This document shows, piece by piece, positions 30,801-40,715 of a DNA stretch of 64,000 bases; the stretch's first letter is position 1; each line of letters begins with the position of its first letter. Below the pieces are notes generated by a model. That model was given only the letters and a program-made list of their open reading frames with translations. It made no database searches and was not told the origin of the DNA. This stretch comes from Aureliella sp. (GTDB taxonomy: Bacteria; Planctomycetota; Planctomycetia; Pirellulales; Pirellulaceae). The position numbers were made by a program, and so were the translations under genes. The stretch spans positions 1,088,001-1,152,000 of the forward strand of contig OY829846.1 in the NCBI GenBank assembly GCA_963691875.1, read 5' to 3'.

Positions 30801-32399
30801 ATGCCGAATTTCAATACCGATCAAGCCCGCGGAAACGCCTCACAAACCAGCCGTTTGGGCGGAGAGAACCACCTAAGCGGCAAGGTTTCACTGGTCGGAG
30901 CAGGCCCTGGAGACCCGCGACTACTCACTCTACGTGGCTTTCAGTGCCTCCAGACAGCGGACGTCGTTTTGTACGACGGGCTGGCAAACTCTGAAATTCT
31001 AGGATTTGCCCAATCTGCCGTGTGCGAATCAGTCGGAAAACACGGCGAGTCAAAAATCTGGACGCAGCGGGAAATCAACGCCCGAATTCTGGAACTCGCT
31101 CGAGCCGGCAAGAACGTTGTCCGCCTCAAAGGTGGTGATCCTGCAGTTTTCGCCCGAAGCGCCGAGGAGCTTGAAGTCCTTGCTGAGGCCGAGATTCCCT
31201 TTGAAGTCGTCCCAGGTATCACAGCTGCATTGGCGGCGGCCAGCTACGTCGGCATTCCGATCACACACCGAGATCACGCTTCGGCCGTCGCTTTTGTCAC
31301 TGGCCAGCAGCGCAGCGACCAACAGCCACAGGAATTGCATTGGGATTCGCTTGCCAAGTTTCCTGGGACGCTCGTGTTTTACATGGGTGTGACGACGGTC
31401 GAGTCCTGGACAACGAGTTTGATCGACGCTGGCAAGTCGCCCGACACACCCAGCGCGATCATCCGTCGCTGCACTTGGCAGGACCAATCCGTCATCCGTT
31501 GCACGCTAAGAGAAGTTGCCAAGGAACTGACACCCGCTTCCAAGATGCGTCCACCAGTCATCGTGATCGTCGGCGAAGTGTCGCAGCTCGGCGAAAATTT
31601 TGACTGGTTCAGCACCAAGCCACTACATGGCTTAGGCGTTTTGCACACTCGCCCTGAGCCAGATGCAGAGCTGACTCGCAGTTTGCGTGACCTCGGTGCC
31701 GAAGTGTTTCATCAGCCCGCCGTCGAGGTTGTTTCGCCAACTGACATCAGTTCCCTGGACATGGCTCTGGAACAATTGATTGGTGCAGCCGCCATCGAAG
31801 GTATCACATTTTCCAGCATCAACGGCGTCGACGGATTCATGTCGAGATTGCTAGACCGTGGACTCGACGTTCGCGCCCTCGCCGGATGCAAGTTGGCTTG
31901 CGTGGGCGCATCCACAGCGGAGCAGTTGACCAAGTATGGTCTGAAGGCAGACGCCCTTCCCGACTCGCCGCAAAATTACTCGGCAGCGGGTTTGCTCAAG
32001 AAGTTGGAGCAGTTGCCGCTCCAAGATCAACTTTGGATTGTCACCACCACCAATCGCAGCCAAGGAGAGCTGCAAGCTGGACTTGCTGCCGCTGGCGTTA
32101 AAGTTATTGAAGCATTAAGTTACGAAACGCGGCCTGTCACAAAGCTGCGTCCCGCCGTATCTCAAGCTCTCTCCAAAAAACGCATCCACGCCTGTGCGAT
32201 CACTAGTCCCGCCATCGCAGAAGCTACATGCGAATTGCTTGGCGAACACACTCGCGACATCGCACCTGTTGCATTCAGCCCCATGATTGCCGACAAGCTA
32301 AATCAGCTCGGCTGGTCCTGCGAACATATCGCTGCCACTAGAAACCGGCCTGGCTTGCTAGCGACAGTCAAGAACTGGTGGTTAGGTCAGCACTCGTAA
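30801..32399 (+). CDS. cobA: Uroporphyrinogen-III C-methyltransferase / uroporphyrinogen-III synthase fusion (CobA-HemD)
   Basis: LVGAGPGDPRLLT, VRLKGGDP, VPGITA; HemD part with TRP, FSSINGV, CVGASTA, YET, TSP. Confidence 0.92.
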   Translation: MPNFNTDQARGNASQTSRLGGENHLSGKVSLVGAGPGDPRLLTLRGFQCLQTADVVLYDGLANSEILGFAQSAVCESVGKHGESKIWTQREINARILELARAGKNVVRLKGGDPAVFARSAEELEVLAEAEIPFEVVPGITAALAAASYVGIPITHRDHASAVAFVTGQQRSDQQPQELHWDSLAKFPGTLVFYMGVTTVESWTTSLIDAGKSPDTPSAIIRRCTWQDQSVIRCTLREVAKELTPASKMRPPVIVIVGEVSQLGENFDWFSTKPLHGLGVLHTRPEPDAELTRSLRDLGAEVFHQPAVEVVSPTDISSLDMALEQLIGAAAIEGITFSSINGVDGFMSRLLDRGLDVRALAGCKLACVGASTAEQLTKYGLKADALPDSPQNYSAAGLLKKLEQLPLQDQLWIVTTTNRSQGELQAGLAAAGVKVIEALSYETRPVTKLRPAVSQALSKKRIHACAITSPAIAEATCELLGEHTRDIAPVAFSPMIADKLNQLGWSCEHIAATRNRPGLLATVKNWWLGQHS

Positions 32400-32860
32400 G
32401 TGCATACTTTGACGCACGAAGATTTCCTATTCACCTCATCCAATCCAGTCAAGCCAATTGCGTGCGTTCACTTAACCTGGTCAACTGAATCGGTTCCCAC
32501 GAAGCCGATTACAAACAATTATGAAATACTCGATGTCTGGCAACCCCAGATGCAATTGGAACAGGATGGATACAAACACTTGTATCCAAAGTACGAGCGA
32601 ATGGTAAAACTCCATGGAAGTGGTGATCGAACAGCTAGAGCATAGAACTAAGCCTTGCGACATCCTGCCTCTCGATCAAGTTCGCTGCAAGCTTCAGCCC
32701 AGCTCACCAGGGTTAAGAAACGCCAAGACGGAGATCCATACGAAGACACTGAGCCACTTAGTAGCACGTCAGCCATTTTCGTCGCTTTGTGCCTTCGTGT
32801 GAGGCTGATATTGCCTGGAAAGACTGTTATCTGAACTATTGGGTCGCGTAGATCCCGAGT

Positions 32861-33982
32861 TTATTGTTCGGGCTCGTCGATCACACCGCGTTGCTGTGAC
32901 AACCAATCATCGAAAGTGCCAGCTGCAATCTGCTTGCGTGCTTCTTGCATGACCAATTGATAGAAAGTCAGATTATGGTGGGTTAGTAAGATCGGCCCAA
33001 GCATTTCTTTGGCGTTGAAGAGATGCCGCAAGTAGGATCGGCTGTGCTTGCATGCCAAGCAGGGGCAGTTTTCGTCTAACGGTCGTGGATCTTCGGCGTG
33101 TTTTGCATTTCGAAGCCGAACGGTTCCACTCCAAGTAAACGCCAATGCGTTCCGACCATTTCGAGTTGGCATGACACAGTCAAACATGTCGATGCCGCGG
33201 GCTATCCCTTCCAGCAAATCAATCGGACGACCGACTCCCATTAAGTACCTTGGCTTATCCTTGGGCAAAAACGGCGTGGTTGCTTCGATGATGCGATACA
33301 TCTCCGAAGGCGGTTCGCCAACGCTGAGCCCGCCTACTGCGTAGCCGTCAAATGGCAAGACCGTTAAGCCTTCGGAGCTGCGTCGCCTGAGAGCGACGTC
33401 CAAACCTCCTTGAACGATCGCGAACTTGGCCTGTTGTTCGCGCGAAGCAGCGTCGAGACAGCGAGCCGCCCAACGCGTTGAGCGTTCCATCGCTTCCTCA
33501 ACCAAATTACGCTCAGACGGCAACGCAACAACGTGATCCAGCACCATGGCGACATCGCTGCCCAGTCGTTCTTGAATGCGTATGGATTCCTCTGGAGTTA
33601 GTTCCAGCTTTGCACCGTCGATGTGCGATTGGAATGTCGCCGCTTCCTCGGTAACTTTGTTGATTTTCGAAAGACTGAATACCTGGAAACCTCCGCTATC
33701 CGTCAAGATCGGCCCCTGCCAGCCAGTGAACTTATGCAGCCCGCCAAGCTTCTCGACCAGCTTACTGCCTGGACGCAATGCAAGATGATAGGTGTTGCCC
33801 AATATCATCGATGCCCCCGTGGATTCGACCTGATCGACGGTCAATCCCTTCACTGTGCCAACCGTGCCTACGGGCATGAAGACAGGCGTGTCCACTGTTC
33901 CGTGGGGACAACTGATTTGGCCCAGCCGAGCTGACTGTTCCGCCGGAGAATTCAATTGGAAGGAGAAGCTTTTTGAAGTCAT
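32861..33982 (-). CDS. tgt: Queuine tRNA-ribosyltransferase
   Basis: [49 protein letters not shown], CxCxxC Zn site. Confidence 0.97.
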   Translation of the reverse strand: MTSKSFSFQLNSPAEQSARLGQISCPHGTVDTPVFMPVGTVGTVKGLTVDQVESTGASMILGNTYHLALRPGSKLVEKLGGLHKFTGWQGPILTDSGGFQVFSLSKINKVTEEAATFQSHIDGAKLELTPEESIRIQERLGSDVAMVLDHVVALPSERNLVEEAMERSTRWAARCLDAASREQQAKFAIVQGGLDVALRRRSSEGLTVLPFDGYAVGGLSVGEPPSEMYRIIEATTPFLPKDKPRYLMGVGRPIDLLEGIARGIDMFDCVMPTRNGRNALAFTWSGTVRLRNAKHAEDPRPLDENCPCLACKHSRSYLRHLFNAKEMLGPILLTHHNLTFYQLVMQEARKQIAAGTFDDWLSQQRGVIDEPEQ

Positions 33983-34001
33983 AGAAACCCATGTACTTAC
34001 G

Positions 34002-34033
34002 AAAAAACCGGCGAGTCACCACAACTCGCCGGT
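34002..34033 (-). terminator. Intrinsic terminator between the TPR/alphaCTD gene and tgt
   Basis: Perfect 10-bp stem accggcgagt/actcgccggt with a 7-nt loop, followed by a U-run on the minus strand. Confidence 0.8.
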
Positions 34034-34070
34034 GTAGAATGCTTATGCTTTCATCTGTTCGCCGAACGGA

Positions 34071-35396
34071 CTATTCACCACGAAGCTTGAGATTCATACC
34101 TTCCAGCTTTTCTCGCACTTCGTTTAGGCTGGTCACACCAAAGTTCTTTGACTCAAGAAGATCATCCTGAGTCTTGCGGATCAACTCAGAGATCGTATTG
34201 ATACCGAGGCGGACCATACACTTACGAGCCCGAACCGACAAATTCAAATCGGAGATTGGCCTCTCAAGCACAGCCTGCTGGTCTGGCGTGAAGCTCGAAG
34301 TATCCAACGGTGGATCCGGTTCACGCTGCTGATCGTGCATTTGGCCAAGGACGAGACCACGTGACGAAAGCATGTCGCGGATCTCGACCAAACTGGTTTC
34401 GCCAAAGTTCTTACTTGACAACAACTGTTGCTCAGTCGTACGAACCAAATCGCCAAGCGTTTCGACACCCATCTTTTGCAAGCAGTTTCGACTCCGCACC
34501 GAAAGCTCGAAATCGTTGACTGAAACTGACAATAGCTGGGACATACGCTCTGTCTGACGAGCGGAATCTTCGTCGTAGTAGACGTTTCCGGATGCCGCAG
34601 CATCCTTCATGTAGAGCTGAGCGCGATCATGAGCTGGGAAAACATCCAGCACTCGCTTGTAACAGGCCTGAGCCTTGCCGAAGTCGTTGCGATCTTCGTA
34701 CATGATACCCAAGTTGATTAACGTGCCGACATGCGCCGGAAAACAGGAAGCCGCACGCTCGTAAAGCTGCAAAGCTTCTGCATCGTTGCCTTTGCGGTCA
34801 TTCTCGTATGCAAGACCGAACAATGCACCTGGATGCTGGTCGTCGTACTGGATCGCACGGTTGTAGAGCCGTAGAACCTCTTCGAAATTCCCGTCGAGGC
34901 TGGCTACCGTCGCGCCACGCTGGTAGTTGTACTCTGCAGTTTGCTCGGAAGGTCCAAAGATATTATCCAGAATATCCATGGCTTCTTGCAACTTGCCCTG
35001 GTATCTCAGGACTTCTGTCGCAGCGACTTGGCATTGATCGCCATCGTAGCCCGCCGCCTTGGCCGCTTCAAAGTGTTTAAGAGAGCCGTCACAGTCTTGT
35101 AACTGGAAGCTAGCCTTCGCCAAGTAGTAGAGAGCCAGAGCGCCGCCGTCAGCGTGGCTAAGCGTGTCGGCAGCATCTTGGAACTTGCCGATCAAATACT
35201 GACAGACTCCCAAACGCACTGCTTGAGCAGGGCTACGATCGGGAACTTGAGCCAGCTCGCCCACCGCGTCCTTCAGCACGCCAAGTTGGCTGTAATCTTC
35301 TGCAATTGTTTTGCAAATTTGAGCAATTTCCGCTGGTCCAAAGGAGTGGTTGGATACAACCAGCTCGTGGACGTCCAGACCCGAAGGTTCGGTCAT
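34071..35396 (-). CDS. TPR-repeat protein with two tandem RNA polymerase alpha-CTD-like domains
   Basis: TPR helices, then ELSVRSRNCL...KNFGETSLVEI and NLSVRARKCM...KNFGVTSLNEV. No alpha N-terminal domain. Start set at Met 35396. Confidence 0.88.
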   Translation of the reverse strand: MTEPSGLDVHELVVSNHSFGPAEIAQICKTIAEDYSQLGVLKDAVGELAQVPDRSPAQAVRLGVCQYLIGKFQDAADTLSHADGGALALYYLAKASFQLQDCDGSLKHFEAAKAAGYDGDQCQVAATEVLRYQGKLQEAMDILDNIFGPSEQTAEYNYQRGATVASLDGNFEEVLRLYNRAIQYDDQHPGALFGLAYENDRKGNDAEALQLYERAASCFPAHVGTLINLGIMYEDRNDFGKAQACYKRVLDVFPAHDRAQLYMKDAAASGNVYYDEDSARQTERMSQLLSVSVNDFELSVRSRNCLQKMGVETLGDLVRTTEQQLLSSKNFGETSLVEIRDMLSSRGLVLGQMHDQQREPDPPLDTSSFTPDQQAVLERPISDLNLSVRARKCMVRLGINTISELIRKTQDDLLESKNFGVTSLNEVREKLEGMNLKLRGE

Positions 35397-35524
35397 TCTG
35401 TGCGAACTCCAAATGATGGAAGCAAAGCTTGAAAATAGTTTTCCCGCAGATGATTCTTGGTCGCCAATTCCGCCATCCATGGGGCGGCGAAAAAAGAAAA
35501 AAATCCTTGGAAAAATCCCAGAGG

Positions 35525-35598
35525 AGCCAGCGGCGGGAATCGAACCCGCAACCCCCGCATTACGAATGCGGTGCTCTGCCGATTGAAGCTACGCTGGC
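35525..35598 (-). tRNA. tRNA-Thr (anticodon CGU)
   Basis: GCCAGCG acceptor stem / CGCTGGC, anticodon arm CCGCA-TTCGTAA-TGCGG, T-arm GCGGG-TTCGATT-CCCGC. CCA is not encoded (CCT follows). Confidence 0.96.
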
Positions 35599-35835
35599 CT
35601 GGCTGCCACGACTCCCACGCCAAAACCCTCTCAAATTCCTCAAAACGCAGCGATTCTAAGCAATTCTTCTTCGGTTCCAGGCTATTGATGGAGCAGTCCC
35701 AGCTTGGTAGTTGGAGAAAAATTTAACTCGATAGCAAGATTTTGGTCAATAGGGACAGAATTTGCTCTTAGAAACTCAAATCGTAGGCTGGCTGCCGGAG
35801 GTCTTTACGAACTCAGTTAAAACCAGAGTCCTCAG

Positions 35836-36243
35836 CTAGAAAATATTCAGCTGGTCTTTGGCATCGTCGGTCATCATATCCTGGGTCCATGGCGGATCCA
35901 TGACTACCTTGATCTCGACTTTGCCGACACCTTCCATCGATTCGACGGCTTGGCGGCTATTGCCTACGAGCTGAGGCCCCGCAGGACACATAGGGCTAGT
36001 CATGGTCATCTCGACCAAAACGTCCTGCTTGCCTTCCTGCTCGCTCGCCTTCAGATCAACCACATAGATAAGCCCGAGATCGACGATATTCACGAATAGC
36101 TCCGGATCTATCACCTGTTTCAGCTGTTCACGCACTGAGGCTTCATTCAGCTCGACAGCAGCTTGCTCGCCAGCCGCCGCTTCCTCTGGCTCGGCAACTA
36201 CTCCTTCGACTTCGCTGTCCGGTTTCACGTTGTCTTCGCTCAT
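35836..36243 (-). CDS. Metal-sulfur cluster assembly factor (DUF59/SufT family)
   Basis: VIDPELFVNIVDLGLIY, MTMTSPMCPAG, DPPW. Confidence 0.9.
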   Translation of the reverse strand: MSEDNVKPDSEVEGVVAEPEEAAAGEQAAVELNEASVREQLKQVIDPELFVNIVDLGLIYVVDLKASEQEGKQDVLVEMTMTSPMCPAGPQLVGNSRQAVESMEGVGKVEIKVVMDPPWTQDMMTDDAKDQLNIF

Positions 36244-36453
36244 TGCATTTCCTCATCTTTTCCTACAGCCGATTTGATACGGAGAATTATTCACGCCCGT
36301 CTACACAGATCAAGCCAAGATTCGTATCTATCGATTCCCATAGCAACCACTGCGAATGTCGAATTTGCGTAAAAACACGAATCTGCTCCTCAGCTGGAGC
36401 GAGGTTTTCTCTAAAGTGAACAGGTTCAATAACTCTTGATGGAGTAGCCTGCG

Positions 36454-37821
36454 ATGCCTTCGATTCGAACTGCTGTATGTGGACTGGTTCTAACCTTCTG
36501 GTTCCCAATCGCATGTAACGCAAACGCTTCGGTACTCGATCTTCTGAACCAATTTACATCGGAGGCCGACGAGCTCAGTAAAGTGGCGATTGTCAAGCAG
36601 TTGGATTGGATTCTCCGACTCCAAATGGCCGAGCAACGCGAAGCAGGAAACGAGGTCGCCGAAAAGATCAGCTCACAAGATCGTGAGCAGGTGGCGGCCG
36701 TGCTGTTGAGTGAACTTGAGCATGCTCAGTCACTCGAGCTCGTAAGTCAAATGATGCTGACTTGGTGGCGTTATGAAGATCAAACCAAGGAGCTAGCACC
36801 TGAGACTGCAGAAATAGTTTTTCGCATGCTCAGCGATGTTCGGCATAACGGCAAAAGGCTCTCCCCAACGACACCCCGTGAACGGGCAGTGGCTATTCTC
36901 TCTAGCTGCACAGCTTCAGTCACAAAGGATGTTGTCGACCTCCTAAGCGATCCCGAAATACTACACCGTGATGCCGCCGTTAAAATCCTCTCAGCTCGAG
37001 GCTATTTCGAGGATCACTTCGATGCACTAGCTGCGATGGCTAATTCTCCTGAGCAACGAGTACGCTCCTCAGTAGCTAGGGCTTTGGCTGCACTCAAGAC
37101 CAATCAGAACCAAGCCATCCGCGTAGCATTCTCGATGCTGCCTAACGAAAATTCTTCCGACGCCGTCGCTACCACACTTGCGACTTTGGCGTCGCGAGCG
37201 ACGGAAACACAGGCTGCGAGTATTCAACTTGCTCTGCTCCGAAAATTGGACCGGGCAAAGTACGTCACGTACGTCTACCAGGACGCGATATACAAAACGA
37301 TGCCGCGGCTATCAGACAAAGTCCAACAAGCTGTCGTGCGAAAACTGATTCCGCATCTCTCGCCGCAGAACCACGGAATTGAGAGAGCTGTCGCGATCGC
37401 TGGAGCAAACGCGAAAGAAGCTCTGCCCTATTTCCTGGAGAGTTTTGAAAACGCAAGCGAAGTTGAGAAGCTAAAAATCGCAGAGAATCTCTGGCGAGTT
37501 GAAGGAAACGCTGAGCGCGTCCTCTCCGTCTTCCTCAAAGCGATCGAAAGCCCCAACACTACAACTCGTTACTATGGCTTCAAGGGCTTGCGGACACTTG
37601 GAAGCGACGCAATGCCTGCCGAAAGGAGGCTCTTGGAGTTGCTTGATCACGAGAAGAGCACCGTTGTCCGTCAGAGTATTCGGACACTCGTAGTCATCAG
37701 TGTCAACTCGGAATCGTCGATTAAAGCGATCGCTGAATTAGCCAGGTCTCACAGCGATCCCGTGGTACGCAAGATTGCGGAGAAGACCTCAAAGTCCCTG
37801 CTCAAACCGACATCGCCTTAG
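36454..37821 (+). CDS. Exported HEAT-repeat protein
   Basis: Signal peptide; repeated HEAT-like units (LSDPEILHRDAAVKIL, VRSSVARAL, LDHEKSTVVRQSIRTL, DPVVRKIAEK). Confidence 0.7.
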   Translation: MPSIRTAVCGLVLTFWFPIACNANASVLDLLNQFTSEADELSKVAIVKQLDWILRLQMAEQREAGNEVAEKISSQDREQVAAVLLSELEHAQSLELVSQMMLTWWRYEDQTKELAPETAEIVFRMLSDVRHNGKRLSPTTPRERAVAILSSCTASVTKDVVDLLSDPEILHRDAAVKILSARGYFEDHFDALAAMANSPEQRVRSSVARALAALKTNQNQAIRVAFSMLPNENSSDAVATTLATLASRATETQAASIQLALLRKLDRAKYVTYVYQDAIYKTMPRLSDKVQQAVVRKLIPHLSPQNHGIERAVAIAGANAKEALPYFLESFENASEVEKLKIAENLWRVEGNAERVLSVFLKAIESPNTTTRYYGFKGLRTLGSDAMPAERRLLELLDHEKSTVVRQSIRTLVVISVNSESSIKAIAELARSHSDPVVRKIAEKTSKSLLKPTSP

Positions 37822-37849
37822 TACCTTCGTAGTTCGCATGAATTTCCGA

Positions 37850-37915
37850 AAATTGGATATCTGGAAATTGGATATCTGGAAATTGGATATCTGGAAATTG
37901 GATATCTGGAAATTG
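37850..37915. repeat. 15-bp perfect tandem repeat (AAATTGGATATCTGG) x 4.4
   Basis: Units at 37850, 37865, 37880 and 37895 plus a partial AAATTG; intergenic; no spacers. Confidence 0.95.
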
Positions 37916-38232
37916 ATTCGATCAACGACAAAGACTCGGTTGAGTATCAGGCTACATGTCAGTCTTCACTTTCTCCAGAGACCGTTTCATCGTTACCACA
38001 ACGTGAATTGTTACTTCCTCAAAGTGATTTGTTTTACCATCACACTAACAAATTCACATACTCTCTCGCCGCGTTCATTCAGAGCATCATTGTTAGCGTG
38101 ATGATTAAAGTCACCCAACGACCAGACGCTGCGAAAATCGAAAACAAGTGTGGTGTAACCCGTTGGGTTCCTATCAGAAAGCTCTCAACTCCACTAGCTG
38201 ATTGAGCTAATCAATCTGCACGAATCGGCACC

Positions 38233-38274
38233 AAAATAAAAGGGCTGAGATGCCAAGCTAGCATCTCAGTCCTT
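38233..38274 (-). terminator. Intrinsic terminator of the DPFG-repeat gene
   Basis: 14-bp stem aagggctgagatgc/gcatctcagtcctt (one non-Watson-Crick pair), 7-nt loop, U-rich tail on the minus strand. Confidence 0.75.
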
Positions 38275-38352
38275 CGATATTGTTCTGAGCAACCAAGAGA
38301 AAAAGGCACAAGCCACAAAACAACTGGCGCCGATTGTTGTCAATCGCTCTCT

Positions 38353-39411
38353 CTAATTGTCGCCAAATGGATCGACTCCACCGAATGGATCGTCACTTTT
38401 CTTGGGAGCAGACTTCTCAGGCGTTGGCTGCACATCTGTTGTGGGTGGAGCACCCGAATTCTCCTTCACCTTCTCAGCGCCAAAGGGATCCGCTCCTGTC
38501 TCGTCGCCGCCAGTTCCAAATGGATCAGAAGAAGACGCCCCACCAAACGGGTCAGCGGCAGGCGTGGTCGCGGCGGGTTCAGCCGCTTCGCCGCTTCCAC
38601 CGAATGGATCAGCCGCTGGGGCTGCACTGGTTGTAGCTGGGGCCCCGAAGGGGTCAGCAGCTGGCTCTGTCATTTCTGGAGTCGCTGGCGTGGTTGCCGC
38701 GCCACCGAATGGGTCGGCAGCAGGGGTTGCAGTTGGAGCACTAGCGGCCCCACCAAATGGATCAGCCGCCGCATCTCCACCGAACGGATCTGCCCTACCA
38801 GCAGTGCTGCTAGACGCTGGCGGCGTGGTGGTTGCTGGAGCAGCAAAGTTTCCTGCGTCGACTTCAGATGTTGGTGGCTGAGTTTTGTCGACGGAGACGG
38901 TACCTGAACGCAAACCATCAGCAAATGGACTTGGGCCTCCCGCAGCCGAGGCGGGAACGACGGCACCGGCAGGCTTTTTAGCCGCTTCGGCAGCACTAGC
39001 TCGTGCTACTTTGTCTTCCTGAATCTGTTTCATTCGCATGATGCGAGCATCATGCCGTGCCTTTTCGATCTTCTTGCGCACAGCACCTTGCACGCGTGTC
39101 AAGGAAGAGCCCACTGGTGAAGACCTGCGGCCTAGCGCCTCGAGTCTTGCCCCCTTCTGGAAGTCCGCACTTCCGTCTGCTCCCATCGCCTCCTCGATCA
39201 GCCCACGAAAGTAGAACGAACGTGGATCTTGCGAGCCTGCGTCAATTGACCGGTTGAGTGACTTTTTGGCTCCCGCTAGATCTCCGGCGAAGTACCGATG
39301 CACGCCTTCACCGTAGGTTGCCGAAATTCCGTCTTGGCCATGGGCCAGCCCGCAACTTTCAACACTTAAAGCCCCTGCCAGGCAAAGGGATAAAACGAGT
39401 CGAGCTCGCAT
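38353..39411 (-). CDS. Exported protein: TPR-like N-domain plus disordered tail with 10 DPFG repeats
   Basis: Signal peptide from Met 39411; YGEGVHRYF...DPRSFYFRGL helical domain; ten DPFG motifs in Ala/Pro/Thr-rich spacers. Confidence 0.85.
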   Translation of the reverse strand: MRARLVLSLCLAGALSVESCGLAHGQDGISATYGEGVHRYFAGDLAGAKKSLNRSIDAGSQDPRSFYFRGLIEEAMGADGSADFQKGARLEALGRRSSPVGSSLTRVQGAVRKKIEKARHDARIMRMKQIQEDKVARASAAEAAKKPAGAVVPASAAGGPSPFADGLRSGTVSVDKTQPPTSEVDAGNFAAPATTTPPASSSTAGRADPFGGDAAADPFGGAASAPTATPAADPFGGAATTPATPEMTEPAADPFGAPATTSAAPAADPFGGSGEAAEPAATTPAADPFGGASSSDPFGTGGDETGADPFGAEKVKENSGAPPTTDVQPTPEKSAPKKSDDPFGGVDPFGDN

Positions 39412-40083
39412 CGTGATGACTCCTGTTTTGATGTTGGGGGACAAGTTGGCAGGCCGCCAAATGCGACCCAACCAATTCCCTACTTGTGGGTGATTGAGGA
39501 TCTATTTTAACGCTCTATTCGGCTGAGACATGCGACAGTTTGGTCGCTTATAGATCGTTTTTCGATTTTCGTGATCTGATACTAGTTTAGTCGCAACGCA
39601 ACGCAACAAGTACTTGGTAGCTAATTCCTCCTGCGGCCTCCCCCCCTTTTTTCGGACTAGTTTTGGACTAGAAGACCTGCCGCTCGGAAATCGTGACGTT
39701 TAGCCCAGATTAGAAAAGAGCTGGAAAATGTCGTTATTGTCACACGTGTTCTCTGCAAAGAAAGGTTGCCAGAATCGCCAAACCTGATTTCTCTGTCTTT
39801 TGCGAAAACTGAAGAGCGCTTTTGCAACGCTAGAGGAAGATCAATGCATTCAGGCAAAGGAGAAGGGCTGAAAAACCTACACGAAAAGCCCGGCAGCAAA
39901 ACCGGCGTGGAAAATGTGCCTTCGATTGTGTCGTTTCTTTCAACCGGCGAGCAGACACAGATCTTCGATCTTTCGGGTAGACTCCTTGTTCGCATTCTAG
40001 CCGCGTTTATTTCGCGGCCCGAACCTTCGGCTGATCTGGATCATGCATCGATCTACCATCCTCCTCCAAGCGGAATCCAGGCG

Positions 40084-40704
40084 ATGGCAAAGACAAAGAA
40101 GAAATCGAAGAAGGAACAGAAATTTACTGAGCGCGGACTGATCGTCAATGAAGCCGGTGCGAAGCGTTGTTGGTGGTGCGGGAACGATCCGCTCTATCAA
40201 GATTATCACGACAATGAATGGGGAAGGCCAGTTTACGACGATCAGCGTCTATTCGAGAAAATCTGTCTTGAGGGTTTCCAAGCTGGCCTAAGCTGGATCA
40301 CCATTCTCCGAAAACGCGAGAACTTTCGCAAAGCCTTCCGTCAATTTGACTTCAACCTGGTCGCGTTGATGACAGAACGTGACGTGACTCGATTGCTAAC
40401 GAACGAGGGCATCGTTCGGCATTGCGGCAAGATTGAGTCCACGATCCACAATGCCGCCAAAGCAATTGAACTTGTAGCGAGTGAAGGCAGCTTGTCGAAC
40501 TATTTTTGGAGCTTTGAGCCTAAAAAGAAAGTGACTCCACGTTGCAAAGAAGACATTCCTTCGATCACTGCAGAGTCCACGGCACTGAGCAAAGATCTAA
40601 AGAAACGAGGCTGGTCTTTTGTGGGGCCAACTACTTGCTATGCCTTCATGCAGGCCATGGGTCTCGTCAACGATCATATTGGTGGATGTGATTTTCGCGA
40701 CTAG
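40084..40704 (+). CDS. tag: DNA-3-methyladenine glycosylase I
   Basis: RCWW...YHDNEWG, LEGFQAGLSWITILRKRE, FVGPTTCYAFMQAMGLVNDH..C. Start set at Met 40084. Confidence 0.95.
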   Translation: MAKTKKKSKKEQKFTERGLIVNEAGAKRCWWCGNDPLYQDYHDNEWGRPVYDDQRLFEKICLEGFQAGLSWITILRKRENFRKAFRQFDFNLVALMTERDVTRLLTNEGIVRHCGKIESTIHNAAKAIELVASEGSLSNYFWSFEPKKKVTPRCKEDIPSITAESTALSKDLKKRGWSFVGPTTCYAFMQAMGLVNDHIGGCDFRD

Positions 40705-40715
40705 GAACGCAGGAC

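Noticed and set aside
35525..35598. tRNA-Thr as integration site of a genomic island
   Set aside because: No integrase nearby, no duplicated tRNA 3' end found, and the flanking genes are core-like.
37850..37915. CRISPR array
   Set aside because: Units are directly adjacent with no spacers, only 15 bp long, and no cas genes are present.
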